Positions 28,826-38,125 are shown, counted from the stretch's first letter. The stretch is DNA of 64,000 bases from Vulcanimicrobiota bacterium (GCA_963716415.1 OY970311.1:1054931-1118930); one strand, 5' to 3'. Program-made: numbers and translations. The notes: generated from the letters alone by a model not told the origin.

Positions 28826-29757
28826 GAAGGCGCCGTCAGGCGTTCGAGATCGACTTCGAGATCCAGACCTTCGCTGCGCGTTCGCACGTCGTAATAATAG
28901 ACGGCCAACAGAATCGTGGTGAACGCCGTCACCGCAGCGTTGATGACGGTGGTGATCGCAAGCTGCACGATCGTACTATGGACGGCGGAGAGTGCAAGGA
29001 AGGCGACGGCACCCGCAATAAAGGTCGCCCCGAATTCGATGGCCAGATAGGCGAGTGAAATCAACGTCGCCTTTCCCAACTCACGACGATTGAAGATGCG
29101 GCGAAAGGCTTCACCAATCCCATGTGCCGGATTTACTCCTTCGAGCGTCGTTGCGTAGAGCGCGAAAGCACAGCACATCAACAACAAAAGAAAGAACACC
29201 ACGACAGCGAGCAGTAGCGCGATGCCCACCAGCGCGAGGGGGATGCCCAGAAATGGTAGCGCGACGAGCAGCGCGCCCCCAGCCAAGACGACGATCCCGA
29301 CCGCGAGTACGACCGCTAGATATGCGCCGACGAAAATGAGCACGCACAAGAACATCGTTCCGACCAACGGCCCCCAGCGGCGTAGCACGCGCGCGTATCC
29401 GTCACGATAGGTCGGCGTGCGCCCCGCATAGATCGCCGCCACACCGGTCGCGACGGCGTTGTTGGTGAAGGGCGAGAAAATCAGCGCGACGGCGGCCAGG
29501 AGGAACAACGAGCTGTATTGCGCCGGCGAATAGGTCGCAAGGTGCGCGGTCGGGTGCTCGATCTGTTGTATGAGCTGGGTCAACGAGTTGGTCGACGAAT
29601 CCGTGAAAAAATACTCGAGGATACCCAGCGGAACCAGCAGCGTCAGGACGATCAGCGTGAAGACGACGAAGTGGCGCACGTAGATCGTCACCGCGCGATC
29701 GAAGATCTCTCCGATCGAAAGTGCGCGTAACGAGGGCCGCCCCTGCAACTCGTCCAT
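28822..29757 (-). CDS. polytopic membrane protein of unknown function
   Basis: At least 6 hydrophobic segments. 4-nt overlap with the downstream DUF4129-like gene. Confidence 0.5.
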   Translation of the reverse strand: MDELQGRPSLRALSIGEIFDRAVTIYVRHFVVFTLIVLTLLVPLGILEYFFTDSSTNSLTQLIQQIEHPTAHLATYSPAQYSSLFLLAAVALIFSPFTNNAVATGVAAIYAGRTPTYRDGYARVLRRWGPLVGTMFLCVLIFVGAYLAVVLAVGIVVLAGGALLVALPFLGIPLALVGIALLLAVVVFFLLLLMCCAFALYATTLEGVNPAHGIGEAFRRIFNRRELGKATLISLAYLAIEFGATFIAGAVAFLALSAVHSTIVQLAITTVINAAVTAFTTILLAVYYYDVRTRSEGLDLEVDLERLTAPS

Positions 29758-29810
29758 TGCGCGCCTCCGTTCTTGAGGGTTATCTCGCCTTCCTATAGTA
29801 GCTATGACCC

Positions 29811-30434
29811 ATGCAGATTGGCACGTTGCGCGCGATCCGGCGTTATCCGGTCAAGAGTCTTGCAGCTGAGGTGCTCGATGCATGCGCCGTGCTTTCAAGC
29901 GGGCTCGAAGGTGACCGGGCGACCGCGTTGATCGCCGAAATCGGTCCGCGTGAGGGCAAGACCTATCGCGGGAAGGAAGACGAGCGACTGCACCGCCTGC
30001 GCTCCGCCGATGAAGCGCTGGCGCTTGCGCCCGGCACGCATCTGGAGGCGTCTGACGAGGATCCGTTTTTTGACGACGCCCCGGTCTCGCTCATCGTCGA
30101 TCGCTGGCTCGACGGCGTCTCCTCGTTCGTCGGCTATCGCGTCGAGTTCGAACGCTTTCGTCCGAATTTCTACATCGAAGCGAATCCCGGGGTGGCAATC
30201 GACGAGGCGACGCTCACCGGACGCGAATTGCAGTTGGGAGAGGTAACGCTGCGCGTGCGCTATCCGATCGAGCGTTGCGTCGTTCCGACGTACGATCTGA
30301 ACGGCGGCGCATCCGACCCCCGCATCTTACGCTACGTTGCGCAGGCGCGGTCGAACTGGATGGGGATTTACTGCGACGTGCCGCGCGCGGGCATCGCGCG
30401 CACCGGCGATTCGCTCGTGCTCATCGAACGCTGA
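29811..30434 (+). CDS. MOSC domain-containing protein
   Basis: 'IRRYPVKSL...RFRPNFYIEA...ERCVVPT' pattern of MOSC/YiiM-like proteins. Confidence 0.75.
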   Translation: MQIGTLRAIRRYPVKSLAAEVLDACAVLSSGLEGDRATALIAEIGPREGKTYRGKEDERLHRLRSADEALALAPGTHLEASDEDPFFDDAPVSLIVDRWLDGVSSFVGYRVEFERFRPNFYIEANPGVAIDEATLTGRELQLGEVTLRVRYPIERCVVPTYDLNGGASDPRILRYVAQARSNWMGIYCDVPRAGIARTGDSLVLIER

Positions 30435-30724
30435 ACCTCGTGCACGATGCGTTCGAGCGCATCGATGTAGGCCATAAACCGGTCGCGGCCCGCCGCCGAA
30501 ATGCGCACGATCGTTTGCGGACGCCCCGAACCCGTGCGCCGCTGTGTTTCCACGATGGCTTCTTCGGCAAGCGCGTGCAGATGGCGATTGAGATTTCCGT
30601 CGGTCAATGCGCACGCGTCTTGCAACTGCGTGAACGAGGCGCCCTCGGGATGCGCAACGAGCATCGAACAGATCGCCAAACGGCCGCGTTCATGAAAGAC
30701 GCGATCCAGATCGGTTGCGCTCAT
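30368..30724 (-). CDS. winged-helix transcriptional regulator (ArsR/MarR-like)
   Basis: Internal ATG at 30724 overlaps the upstream stop (ATGA). 'HERGRLAICSMLVAHPEGASFTQLQDACALTDGNLNRHLHALAEE'. Confidence 0.6.
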   Translation of the reverse strand: MSATDLDRVFHERGRLAICSMLVAHPEGASFTQLQDACALTDGNLNRHLHALAEEAIVETQRRTGSGRPQTIVRISAAGRDRFMAYIDALERIVHEVQRSMSTSESPVRAMPARGTSQ

Positions 30725-31326
30725 GGATGCTCCCGCCGGTCGCGCGCCACGAGCACGCCGATTGCAATTTGTCCGACACCAAAGCCGATGGGCAGCACCC
30801 ACCAGGCCAGCGCAATCGACGACGGCGCAAAGAGTAACGCGATTCCGGCCACTAAGAAAAATGCGGCGATCGGTAACACGTCGCGCGGCAACATCGTGCG
30901 CGACGCAAAGAGACCGACGCCGTAACAGCCGTACCATACGCCGGGCAAATAGGAAAACGCACCGCGCGTAACCAGCGCGAGCGTGATCGCCGCGCCGAGC
31001 GCAATCGCCGGGAGAATCGCAAGGCCCACGGTGCGCGTTTGCCAACGATCCCGTGCGCTTGCGTCGCTCACGAACCAATGCGCGATCGATCCGTAGTTGA
31101 CGATCGCGGCGGCGGCTCCGCAGACGAGCCAAATCGAGGCGTAGACGCGCGCTTCATACGCATCGTGCGGAGCTGCCACGAGCACGGCTTGCAGCACGCC
31201 CGCGCCGACGGCAAAACAGCCCGACGCAATCGCGGCGACACCGGAGTAGCCGCGGAAGCGCTGCGTCATCGCCAGACGCTCGCGCACTTCGGCGATGTCG
31301 AGCACCGCGCGTTCCAGATCGGTCAT
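30721..31326 (-). CDS. membrane protein, 5-6 TM helices, unknown function
   Basis: Hydrophobic profile. Translationally coupled to the wHTH regulator. Confidence 0.5.
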   Translation of the reverse strand: MTDLERAVLDIAEVRERLAMTQRFRGYSGVAAIASGCFAVGAGVLQAVLVAAPHDAYEARVYASIWLVCGAAAAIVNYGSIAHWFVSDASARDRWQTRTVGLAILPAIALGAAITLALVTRGAFSYLPGVWYGCYGVGLFASRTMLPRDVLPIAAFFLVAGIALLFAPSSIALAWWVLPIGFGVGQIAIGVLVARDRREHP

Positions 31327-31382
31327 GCTCTACTTTGTACCACAAAGTCCAAGCTTGCGGCAACGCGGGCACTCACCCGTGC

Positions 31383-32069
31383 ATGGAGCGGCAAGCTGGC
31401 TTCACGTTGATCGAGACGCTGATCGGGGCGGCGATTGCGGCCGCCATGCTGTGGGGCCTGCTGGTTTTGGCCGACCGGATCGTCGCCTGGGGGAACGCCG
31501 CCAACCATCGCGTGAATGCGAGCGCGAACGCCGGGCGCCTGATCGAGCGGCTCTCGAGCGAGGCCGCCGGCGCTTGGGCGGTCTTCGTGCCGGCGACCGA
31601 CGTGCTCGGGCAGAGCAACGCCGACGGTCACGAGGTCGACTTCTTCTCCGAGGACGGCGCGCACCGCGACTATGCCTGGGCCTACACTTTTAACGCCACG
31701 ACCGCGTCGCTGACGCGCTACGCGATCGTTTCGGGCGGCGAACCCCTCGCCGGCGACGTGATCGCCGGCATCGATACCTTCAGCGCAACGCCGGCAACCG
31801 TCTCGAGCCTGCGTTCGCCCTCGAGCGCCGCCTACGATCCCCTTTTCGCATCCGCGAGCGCGACCGATGTTCCGTACGCGTTTTCGGCGATGCCGAGTGC
31901 CATCGGTGGAAATCGATTGGTTGCCGTGCACATCGTCGCGAGCGGCGTCAGTCGCAACGTCGTGCTGGCAAGCGAAGATGCACCGACTGCGTTTACGGTG
32001 CTGGTGAACTACACGCCGTCACCCGCGCCGGTTGCGTCGCCGACGCCTGCAGCGCCGACGATGTATTAA
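31383..32069 (+). CDS. prepilin-type N-terminal cleavage/methylation domain protein (pilin or pseudopilin-like)
   Basis: Class III signal 'MERQAG|FTLIETLIGAAIAAAMLWGLLVL' (G-1, F+1, E+5). Confidence 0.65.
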   Translation: MERQAGFTLIETLIGAAIAAAMLWGLLVLADRIVAWGNAANHRVNASANAGRLIERLSSEAAGAWAVFVPATDVLGQSNADGHEVDFFSEDGAHRDYAWAYTFNATTASLTRYAIVSGGEPLAGDVIAGIDTFSATPATVSSLRSPSSAAYDPLFASASATDVPYAFSAMPSAIGGNRLVAVHIVASGVSRNVVLASEDAPTAFTVLVNYTPSPAPVASPTPAAPTMY

Positions 32070-32138
32070 CGCTGCGTTTACCACGCGGGAAAAGCCCATA
32101 TTGCAGCGCAGTAATGCCTTCCACGCTGGGAGGATGAA

Positions 32139-32882
32139 ATGTTCACAGGACGGGTTGCCATCGTTACCGGAGGCACGCGCGGCATCGGCGCTGCAATTTC
32201 GGTCGCACTTGCCGAAGCAGGCGCGCACGTCGCAGCCGGTTACAGCAAAGACACCGAAAAGGCCGAGCGCTGCGCGGAAAAACAGCGTGGCGAAGGGCAC
32301 TCCGTCTCCACGCATCAAGGGCGCGTTGATGATTTCGACGATTGCAAGCGCGTCGTCAACGAGGTGCTCGAAAAATACGGGCGTGTCGATTTTCTCATCA
32401 ACAACGCCGGGATCACGTTGGATAAGACGCTGCGCAAGATGAGCGCCGAAGATTGGACCAACGTCATCAACGTCAACCTCTCGGGCGCATTCAATATGAC
32501 CAAGGCGGTGCTCGAGCACATGATCGAGCGCGGCTCGGGCCGCATCATCAACATCAGCTCGGTCATCGGCTCGACCGGCAATATCGGTCAGGCCAACTAC
32601 GCGGCCTCGAAGGCCGGCCTCTTCGGCTTCACCAAGTCGCTCGCGCTGGAAACCGCCAACAAGGGCATCACGGCGAACGTCGTGGCACCCGGCTTCATCG
32701 CAACCGAGATGGTCGAGGCGATGCCCGAGGCCTCCTTGGCCAAGGTCGTCGAGAAGATCCCGACCAAGCGGCTAGGCAAGCCCACGGAAGTGGCCCGGGT
32801 CGTCAAATTCCTCTGCGAGGACGACTCGGCGTATATAACGGGAGCGGCGTTTCACGTCAACGGCGGCCTGGATATGGCCTGA
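32139..32882 (+). CDS. phaB: acetoacetyl-CoA reductase-type SDR (PhaB/FabG family)
   Basis: 'VTGGTRGIG', 'INNAGIT', 'NISSV..G..GQANYAASKAG', 'PGFIATEM', 'KRLGKP', 'NGGLDM'. The pattern closely parallels the Cupriavidus PhaB sequence as I recall it. Confidence 0.8.
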   Translation: MFTGRVAIVTGGTRGIGAAISVALAEAGAHVAAGYSKDTEKAERCAEKQRGEGHSVSTHQGRVDDFDDCKRVVNEVLEKYGRVDFLINNAGITLDKTLRKMSAEDWTNVINVNLSGAFNMTKAVLEHMIERGSGRIINISSVIGSTGNIGQANYAASKAGLFGFTKSLALETANKGITANVVAPGFIATEMVEAMPEASLAKVVEKIPTKRLGKPTEVARVVKFLCEDDSAYITGAAFHVNGGLDMA

Positions 32883-32979
32883 AAGCCCACATTAATTAAA
32901 TGCCTCTGGCCATTCGGGTAAAGTTCCTAAGGTTTTCTTCACCTTTTGCTAGGTAAGCACAGCGGATGGGTACAAAGTA

Positions 32980-33768
32980 GTGCCCATGATAACCACCTCG
33001 ACTGCCCCCTCGGGCACGCTTACGCGGCTCGATGGTCGAGTGGCGATCGTAACCGGCGGTTCGCGCGGCATAGGCGGCGCGATTTCGTCGGCGCTCGCTG
33101 CTGATGGTGCGACTATTGCCGTGCTAGGTGTGCCAGCCGATCGCGAACGCACGGAGACCTTGCGCGCGTCGCTCAACGGTACTGCGAAGCTCGTTCATTT
33201 CTATGAAGCCGACGTTGCCGATCCACAGGCTTGCGCGGCCGCCGTGCAAGCGGCGATTGCAGCGCACGGAAAAATTGACATCCTCGTCAACAACGCCGGC
33301 ATCACGAAAGATCGCACGGCGCGCAAGATGACAATCGAAGAGTGGCAGACGGTCCTGAATGTGAACCTCTCAGGGCCGTTTTTTATGATCAAAGCGGTGC
33401 TGGATCACATGCTCGATCAGCAGTACGGTCGCATCGTGAACATCAGTTCCGTCGTCGGTCACATGGGCAACTTCGGTCAAGCAAATTATGCCGCTGCGAA
33501 AGCGGGACTGCTCGGACTCACCAAGACGCTCGCGCTCGAAACCGCGCGTTGCGGTATCACCGTCAACGCCGTCGCGCCGGGCTTCATCGCAACCGAGATG
33601 GTCAAGGCGATGCCGCAAGCCGCGATCGATAGCGCGCGCGGCCGCACGCCGGTCGACCGCCTTGGTCTACCGTCGGAAATCGCGCGCGTGGTGCGCTTCT
33701 TGATCGACGACAATTCCGGATACATCACGGGAGCCACCTACGACGTCAACGGGGGCATGTACATGTAA
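32980..33768 (+). CDS. phaB: second acetoacetyl-CoA reductase-type SDR paralog
   Basis: Same motif set ('VTGGSRGIG', 'NNAGIT', 'GQANYAAAKAG', 'PGFIATEM', 'NGGMYM'). Its stop abuts the phaC start. Confidence 0.75.
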   Translation: MPMITTSTAPSGTLTRLDGRVAIVTGGSRGIGGAISSALAADGATIAVLGVPADRERTETLRASLNGTAKLVHFYEADVADPQACAAAVQAAIAAHGKIDILVNNAGITKDRTARKMTIEEWQTVLNVNLSGPFFMIKAVLDHMLDQQYGRIVNISSVVGHMGNFGQANYAAAKAGLLGLTKTLALETARCGITVNAVAPGFIATEMVKAMPQAAIDSARGRTPVDRLGLPSEIARVVRFLIDDNSGYITGATYDVNGGMYM

Positions 33769-35474
33769 TGATCGGCTCGGTACCGCTCGAAGAGTTCAGC
33801 TATGGTCTCGATCTCTCCGGTGCCGATCCGGCATCGCTCAATGACGCGTTGCGCGCAGTGACGCTCGACGTGATGAGCGATCCCGTGCGCATGGGCACGA
33901 TCGTCACCGGTTTGATGTTCGCGCAGCAAGGCGTCGCGATGAACGCGCTGCGTCGCATGCAAGGCGAGAATCCGCCGCCCGCCGTGGACGTGCAGGGCGA
34001 CAAGCGCTTCACCGATCCCGCTTGGACCAGCAATCCGTTCCTCATCTCGATGGTCGAAGAATATCTGCTCCGTCGCCAGTACGCACAGCAACTGGTCGAA
34101 AGTTCACGTCTTCCCGAAGCGACCAAACGCAAAGCGCGCTTTGCGATGAACATGATGATGGACGCGCTCGCGCCGAGCAATTTGCCCTGGCTCAACCCCG
34201 CCGTCATCAAACAAGCGGTGGACACGGGCGGAGCAAGCCTGGTCGAGGGCACGCTCGAGTTTCTCGATGACGTGCAGAACAACGGCGGCTATCCCAAGCA
34301 AGTCGATACGTCGGCCTTTACCTTGGGCGAGACGCTGGCGGCCACGCCCGGCGAAGTCGTTTACCGCAACGAGCTCATCGAGCTCATCGCGTACTATCCG
34401 CAGACCGAGACCGTGTACGAGCGGCCGATTCTGATGTCGCCGCCGTGGATCAACAAGTATTACATCATGGATCTCGCACCGGGACGTTCGTTCGTGGAAT
34501 GGGCGGTACAGCGAGGCCATCAGGTCTTCATGATCAGCTATCGCAATCCCGATGAAACGATGCGGGATTACACGATGGACACCTACTTCGAAAAAGGCAT
34601 CCTTGCCGCGCTGGGTGCGGTCGAACGCATCACCGGCGCGCCGCAAGTCAATCTCGCCGCGCTCTGCGTCGGTGGGACGATGACGCTGATGCTTCTCGCA
34701 TATTTAGCAGCCAAGGGTGAAGAGCATCGCATCGGTGCGGTCACGCTGACCAACACCATTCTCGATTTCGCCGAACCCGGCGATCTGGGCGTGTTCACCG
34801 ACGAAGCTTCGATCGCGAAGCTTGAAAAGAGCATGCAAGAACGTGGTTTTCTCGAGTCGAGCGAAATGGCCGGCACCTTCAATTGGATGCGCGCCAACGA
34901 TTTGATCTGGAGCTACGTCGTCTCGAATTGGTACATGGGCAAAAAGCCGCCCGCGTTCGACATTCTCACCTGGAATGCCGACGCGACGCGGATGCCCGCG
35001 GCTATGCATTCGCAGTATCTGCGTTCGTGTTACCTGCACAATCTGCTCGTCGTGCCCAATGCGTTCGTGCTCGACAACGTTCCGCTCGACATGGGCAAAG
35101 TCACGACACCGCTGTACGTGCTCGGCGCCGAAGCCGATCACATCGCGCCGTGGCGCACCAGCTTTGCAACGTCGCAATACGTCGGTGGTCCGGTGAAATA
35201 TACGCGCACCAATTCCGGACACGTCGCGGGCATTTGCAATCCGCCCGGCAATCCGAAGTCATGCCACTGGACGTGCGATACCGTCGAACCGGGTGAAGAT
35301 CCCGACGCGTGGCTCGCGCGCAGCACCAAACACCAGGGAAGCTGGTGGGAAGATTGGTCGGCATGGGCCGACGCGCACGGCGGCGCACGCCGCGAACCCT
35401 ATCCGCTGCCCAACGGCGGCGAACCGGCACCGGGCCGGTACGTCAGAAACGAAATGGAGGCCACCGTCGTATGA
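33768..35474 (+). CDS. phaC: class I poly(R)-hydroxyalkanoate synthase
   Basis: Lipase-box-like 'NLAALCVGGT'; conserved 'PILMSPPWINKYYIMDL', 'DILTWNADATRMP', 'LGAEADHIAPW'. Confidence 0.85.
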   Translation: MIGSVPLEEFSYGLDLSGADPASLNDALRAVTLDVMSDPVRMGTIVTGLMFAQQGVAMNALRRMQGENPPPAVDVQGDKRFTDPAWTSNPFLISMVEEYLLRRQYAQQLVESSRLPEATKRKARFAMNMMMDALAPSNLPWLNPAVIKQAVDTGGASLVEGTLEFLDDVQNNGGYPKQVDTSAFTLGETLAATPGEVVYRNELIELIAYYPQTETVYERPILMSPPWINKYYIMDLAPGRSFVEWAVQRGHQVFMISYRNPDETMRDYTMDTYFEKGILAALGAVERITGAPQVNLAALCVGGTMTLMLLAYLAAKGEEHRIGAVTLTNTILDFAEPGDLGVFTDEASIAKLEKSMQERGFLESSEMAGTFNWMRANDLIWSYVVSNWYMGKKPPAFDILTWNADATRMPAAMHSQYLRSCYLHNLLVVPNAFVLDNVPLDMGKVTTPLYVLGAEADHIAPWRTSFATSQYVGGPVKYTRTNSGHVAGICNPPGNPKSCHWTCDTVEPGEDPDAWLARSTKHQGSWWEDWSAWADAHGGARREPYPLPNGGEPAPGRYVRNEMEATVV

Positions 35475-35827
35475 TGAACAATCGCGACCACTTGAAGGGC
35501 CTGGGCGAGTTCATTCGCACGCAGCGTGAGCTGGCGAATCTCTCCCTCCGGCAGCTCGCCGACCTCGCGAAGGTCTCAAATCCGTACCTCAGCCAGGTCG
35601 AGCGCGGACTCTATAAGCCCTCGGCCGAGGTCCTCAAGCAGATCGCCCGGGCGCTGCATCTGTCGGCCGAGACGTTCTACGCCCAGGCCGGGCTGCTCGA
35701 CGACAACGTCCGCAACGAGGCGGCCGATGCGGTCGAATCCGCGGTCAAGCTCGACCCGCGGCTGACGGCCGAGCAAAAGGACACCCTTATCCGGGTCTAT
35801 CGAGGGTTTGCCGGCGACCGGACTTGA
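35471..35827 (+). CDS. XRE family helix-turn-helix regulator
   Basis: 'LSLRQLADLAKVSNPYLSQVERGLYKPSAEVLKQIARAL'. ATGA overlap with the phaC stop. Confidence 0.75.
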   Translation: MMNNRDHLKGLGEFIRTQRELANLSLRQLADLAKVSNPYLSQVERGLYKPSAEVLKQIARALHLSAETFYAQAGLLDDNVRNEAADAVESAVKLDPRLTAEQKDTLIRVYRGFAGDRT

Positions 35828-35853
35828 CAGACTACCCGTGCGCTTGGTACACT
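35824..35853 (+). promoter_or_regulatory. sigma70-like promoter for the phasin-like gene
   Basis: TTGACA (35824-35829), 18-nt spacer, TACACT (35848-35853). AAGGGAG RBS and ATG at 35885 lie downstream. Confidence 0.55.
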
Positions 35854-35861
35854 TAGCGCAC
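35838..35861. promoter_or_regulatory. inverted repeat GTGCGCT-N10-AGCGCAC spanning the -10 element (candidate operator)
   Basis: Perfect 7-bp arms at 35838-35844 and 35855-35861. Confidence 0.5.
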
Positions 35862-35884
35862 AACGAATGTAAGGGAGTCTATCC

Positions 35885-36139
35885 ATGAATAACTACACTG
35901 AAGTCCTCGAGAAGGCCCAAACCGAGTTTCTGAGCGGTCTCAAGCAGGCGCAAGAGCTGAACATCAAGGCGCTTACCACCGTGACCGAGCTGTTCGAATC
36001 GAACGGCGCGACGGCCCAGCTGCCGACGCCGGCGGAGATCGTTGAGCGCAGCTTTGCGTTCACGAACCAACTGCTCGAGACGCGCAAAGAGTACATGCTC
36101 AAGCTCGCGGAACTTCTTCCGAAGAACCAACAGAACTAA
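35885..36139 (+). CDS. small helical protein, phasin-like by context
   Basis: 84 aa, predicted all-helical ('EKAQTEFLSGLKQAQELNIKAL'). It has its own promoter and terminator and sits next to phaC. Confidence 0.4.
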   Translation: MNNYTEVLEKAQTEFLSGLKQAQELNIKALTTVTELFESNGATAQLPTPAEIVERSFAFTNQLLETRKEYMLKLAELLPKNQQN

Positions 36140-36165
36140 CGCAATCGTTTCGCAAATGTAAAGAA

Positions 36166-36191
36166 CCTCGGCTTTTTGCCGGGGTTTTTTT
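36166..36191 (+). terminator. intrinsic terminator
   Basis: CCTCGGC-TTTTT-GCCGGGG stem-loop (one G:U pair) followed by T7. Confidence 0.75.
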
Positions 36192-36302
36192 CTTAATCCT
36201 CATCCCCGACTAAAGTTAACATCCGCCAGACGTTGCAGATACATTCACTTAACCTGTGAACCGTTTGCCTGCCTAGTTTGTCGCATAGCCGAGCCCGACA
36301 AC

Positions 36303-37175
36303 TTGAAGGTAATGCAACACATCTTTGATGGCTTGCCGGTTTTGACATCATTCCTCAGCATCGTTCTGGGAGTGGTGGCCTGCTTCTTCGGAAGTCTCGT
36401 CGGCTTCGGCGGCGGCTTCATCTCGGTGCCGATTCTGCGGCTCTCAGGACACCTGACGCCGCAAGTCGTGGCGGCAACGTCGCTCTTCATGGTCGGCGTC
36501 AATGTCGCGGTTGCCTCATTCGCGCTGCGCAAGAAGAAGCGCATCAATCTGCGGATCGGCTGGTCGGTCGGCCTTGGCGGCATCGCCGGCGCGCTGTTCG
36601 GCGTCTTCGCCCTCAAGTTCGTCAGCTCGGGCCAGTTTGACATCCTCTACGGCGCGATGCTGTTGTTCATCGCGTACAACATGCTCAAGCCCAGCAAGCC
36701 CCTGTCGATTCCTGAAACGGCGATCGAGTCGGATCGTTCGCAGCGCACGAGCAATTACGAATTCGCGGTGATGGGCCTGCTGGTCGGATTTTCTTCGAGT
36801 CTGTTCGGCATCGGGGCCGGCACGGTCGCGATCCCGCTCTTGCTGTGGCGCTATAAGCTGCCCGCGTACGTCGCGATGCCGACCGCGTCGTTCATCGCCA
36901 CGATCTACATTTGGCCCGGCGTCATCGCACAAATCCACGAAGCGCGCGTCGACTGGGCACTCGCCATTCCGCTCTCAATCGGCGCTGTGCTCGGCGCGTA
37001 TTTCGGCGCCCGCTACTCCAACCGCTTGAAATCGCCGCAGCTCACGCGCATCTTCGGCGCCATCTGCGTCGTCACGTTCATCACCCTGAGCGTTCGGCAT
37101 CTGCCGATGTTCCAACACCACGCAACGACACTCGCTTCTACGACCATTCAAATTTCGAAGGCGGCCACAAAATGA
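36303..37175 (+). CDS. TauE/SafE (TSUP) family anion exporter
   Basis: 8 TM segments with the duplicated 'G.GGG....P' motif ('VGFGGGFISVPIL', 'FGIGAGTVAIPLL'). Confidence 0.75.
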   Translation: MKVMQHIFDGLPVLTSFLSIVLGVVACFFGSLVGFGGGFISVPILRLSGHLTPQVVAATSLFMVGVNVAVASFALRKKKRINLRIGWSVGLGGIAGALFGVFALKFVSSGQFDILYGAMLLFIAYNMLKPSKPLSIPETAIESDRSQRTSNYEFAVMGLLVGFSSSLFGIGAGTVAIPLLLWRYKLPAYVAMPTASFIATIYIWPGVIAQIHEARVDWALAIPLSIGAVLGAYFGARYSNRLKSPQLTRIFGAICVVTFITLSVRHLPMFQHHATTLASTTIQISKAATK

Positions 37176-38125
37176 GCAAGCTTGGATTCGTCGGCGCCGG
37201 CGCAGTGGGCGCGGCAGCAGCACTCGCGTCATGCGTACGCTCGGTGGCAAGCGATATCGTTCTGGTCGATCGATACCCGGCGCGGGCGAACGGTGTCGCA
37301 ACCGATTTGCGTTACGGTGCGCCGCTCTCGCCGGCAATCCAAGTTCGCGCGGGCGACTTCGATGATCTCGACGATGCCGGCTTGGTCATCATTAGCGCCG
37401 GAATCAATGAAAAAACCGGCGGTGCGACCGATCGCAACGATCCGCTGGGCCGCCTGCGCCTGCTCCGTACCAACGTCGAAGTTTTCGAAGAGATCGTTCC
37501 GAAGATCGTCAGCGCGGCACCGCACGCCACGCTGCTCATTGTCACCAATCCGCCCGAACCGCTGGTCGATATCACCTGCCGCCTAGCCGGTCACAATCGC
37601 GTGCTCAGCACCAGCACGTTCTTGGACACGCTGCGCTTTCGCGTGCACATCGCGGAGCGCTTCCGCGTAAGCCCGCAAAGCGTCGAGGCGTACGTGATCA
37701 GCGAGCACGGAACCAACAGCGTGTTTTGCTGGTCGTCGGTACGCATCGGCGGCAGACCGCTATCGCAACTCGTCGCTGAACGTCGCATTCCGATGGGTGA
37801 GTTTCGCGCCTCAGTCGAGAACGACGTGCGTTATGCGAACATTTCGATCATCGAAGGCATCGGCGCGAGCCAGTATGGCATCGGCATGGTTGTCGCTCGT
37901 GTGGCCGAGTGCATCTTGCGCGACGAGCGCGCGGTGCTTCCGGTCGGTTCGTATCAGCCCAACTACGGCGTGACGCTTTCGCTTCCGAGCATCGTCGGCA
38001 AACGCGGCGTGAGCGACGTGGTCTGGCCGCAGCTCTCCGAAGAAGAACAAGCCGGAGTCGACGCCAGCGCCAAGCGGCTCAAGAGCGTCGTCGCGGAGTA
38101 CTCCGCCGCCGAAGTCGCTGCTTAA
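37172..38125 (+). CDS. L-lactate/malate dehydrogenase family oxidoreductase
   Basis: 'KLGFVGAGAVGAA' Rossmann motif, 'ISEHGTNSV' catalytic His context. ATGA overlap with the TauE gene. Atypical substrate loop 'AGINEKTGGATDRNDPLGRLRLL'. Confidence 0.8.
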   Translation: MSKLGFVGAGAVGAAAALASCVRSVASDIVLVDRYPARANGVATDLRYGAPLSPAIQVRAGDFDDLDDAGLVIISAGINEKTGGATDRNDPLGRLRLLRTNVEVFEEIVPKIVSAAPHATLLIVTNPPEPLVDITCRLAGHNRVLSTSTFLDTLRFRVHIAERFRVSPQSVEAYVISEHGTNSVFCWSSVRIGGRPLSQLVAERRIPMGEFRASVENDVRYANISIIEGIGASQYGIGMVVARVAECILRDERAVLPVGSYQPNYGVTLSLPSIVGKRGVSDVVWPQLSEEEQAGVDASAKRLKSVVAEYSAAEVAA

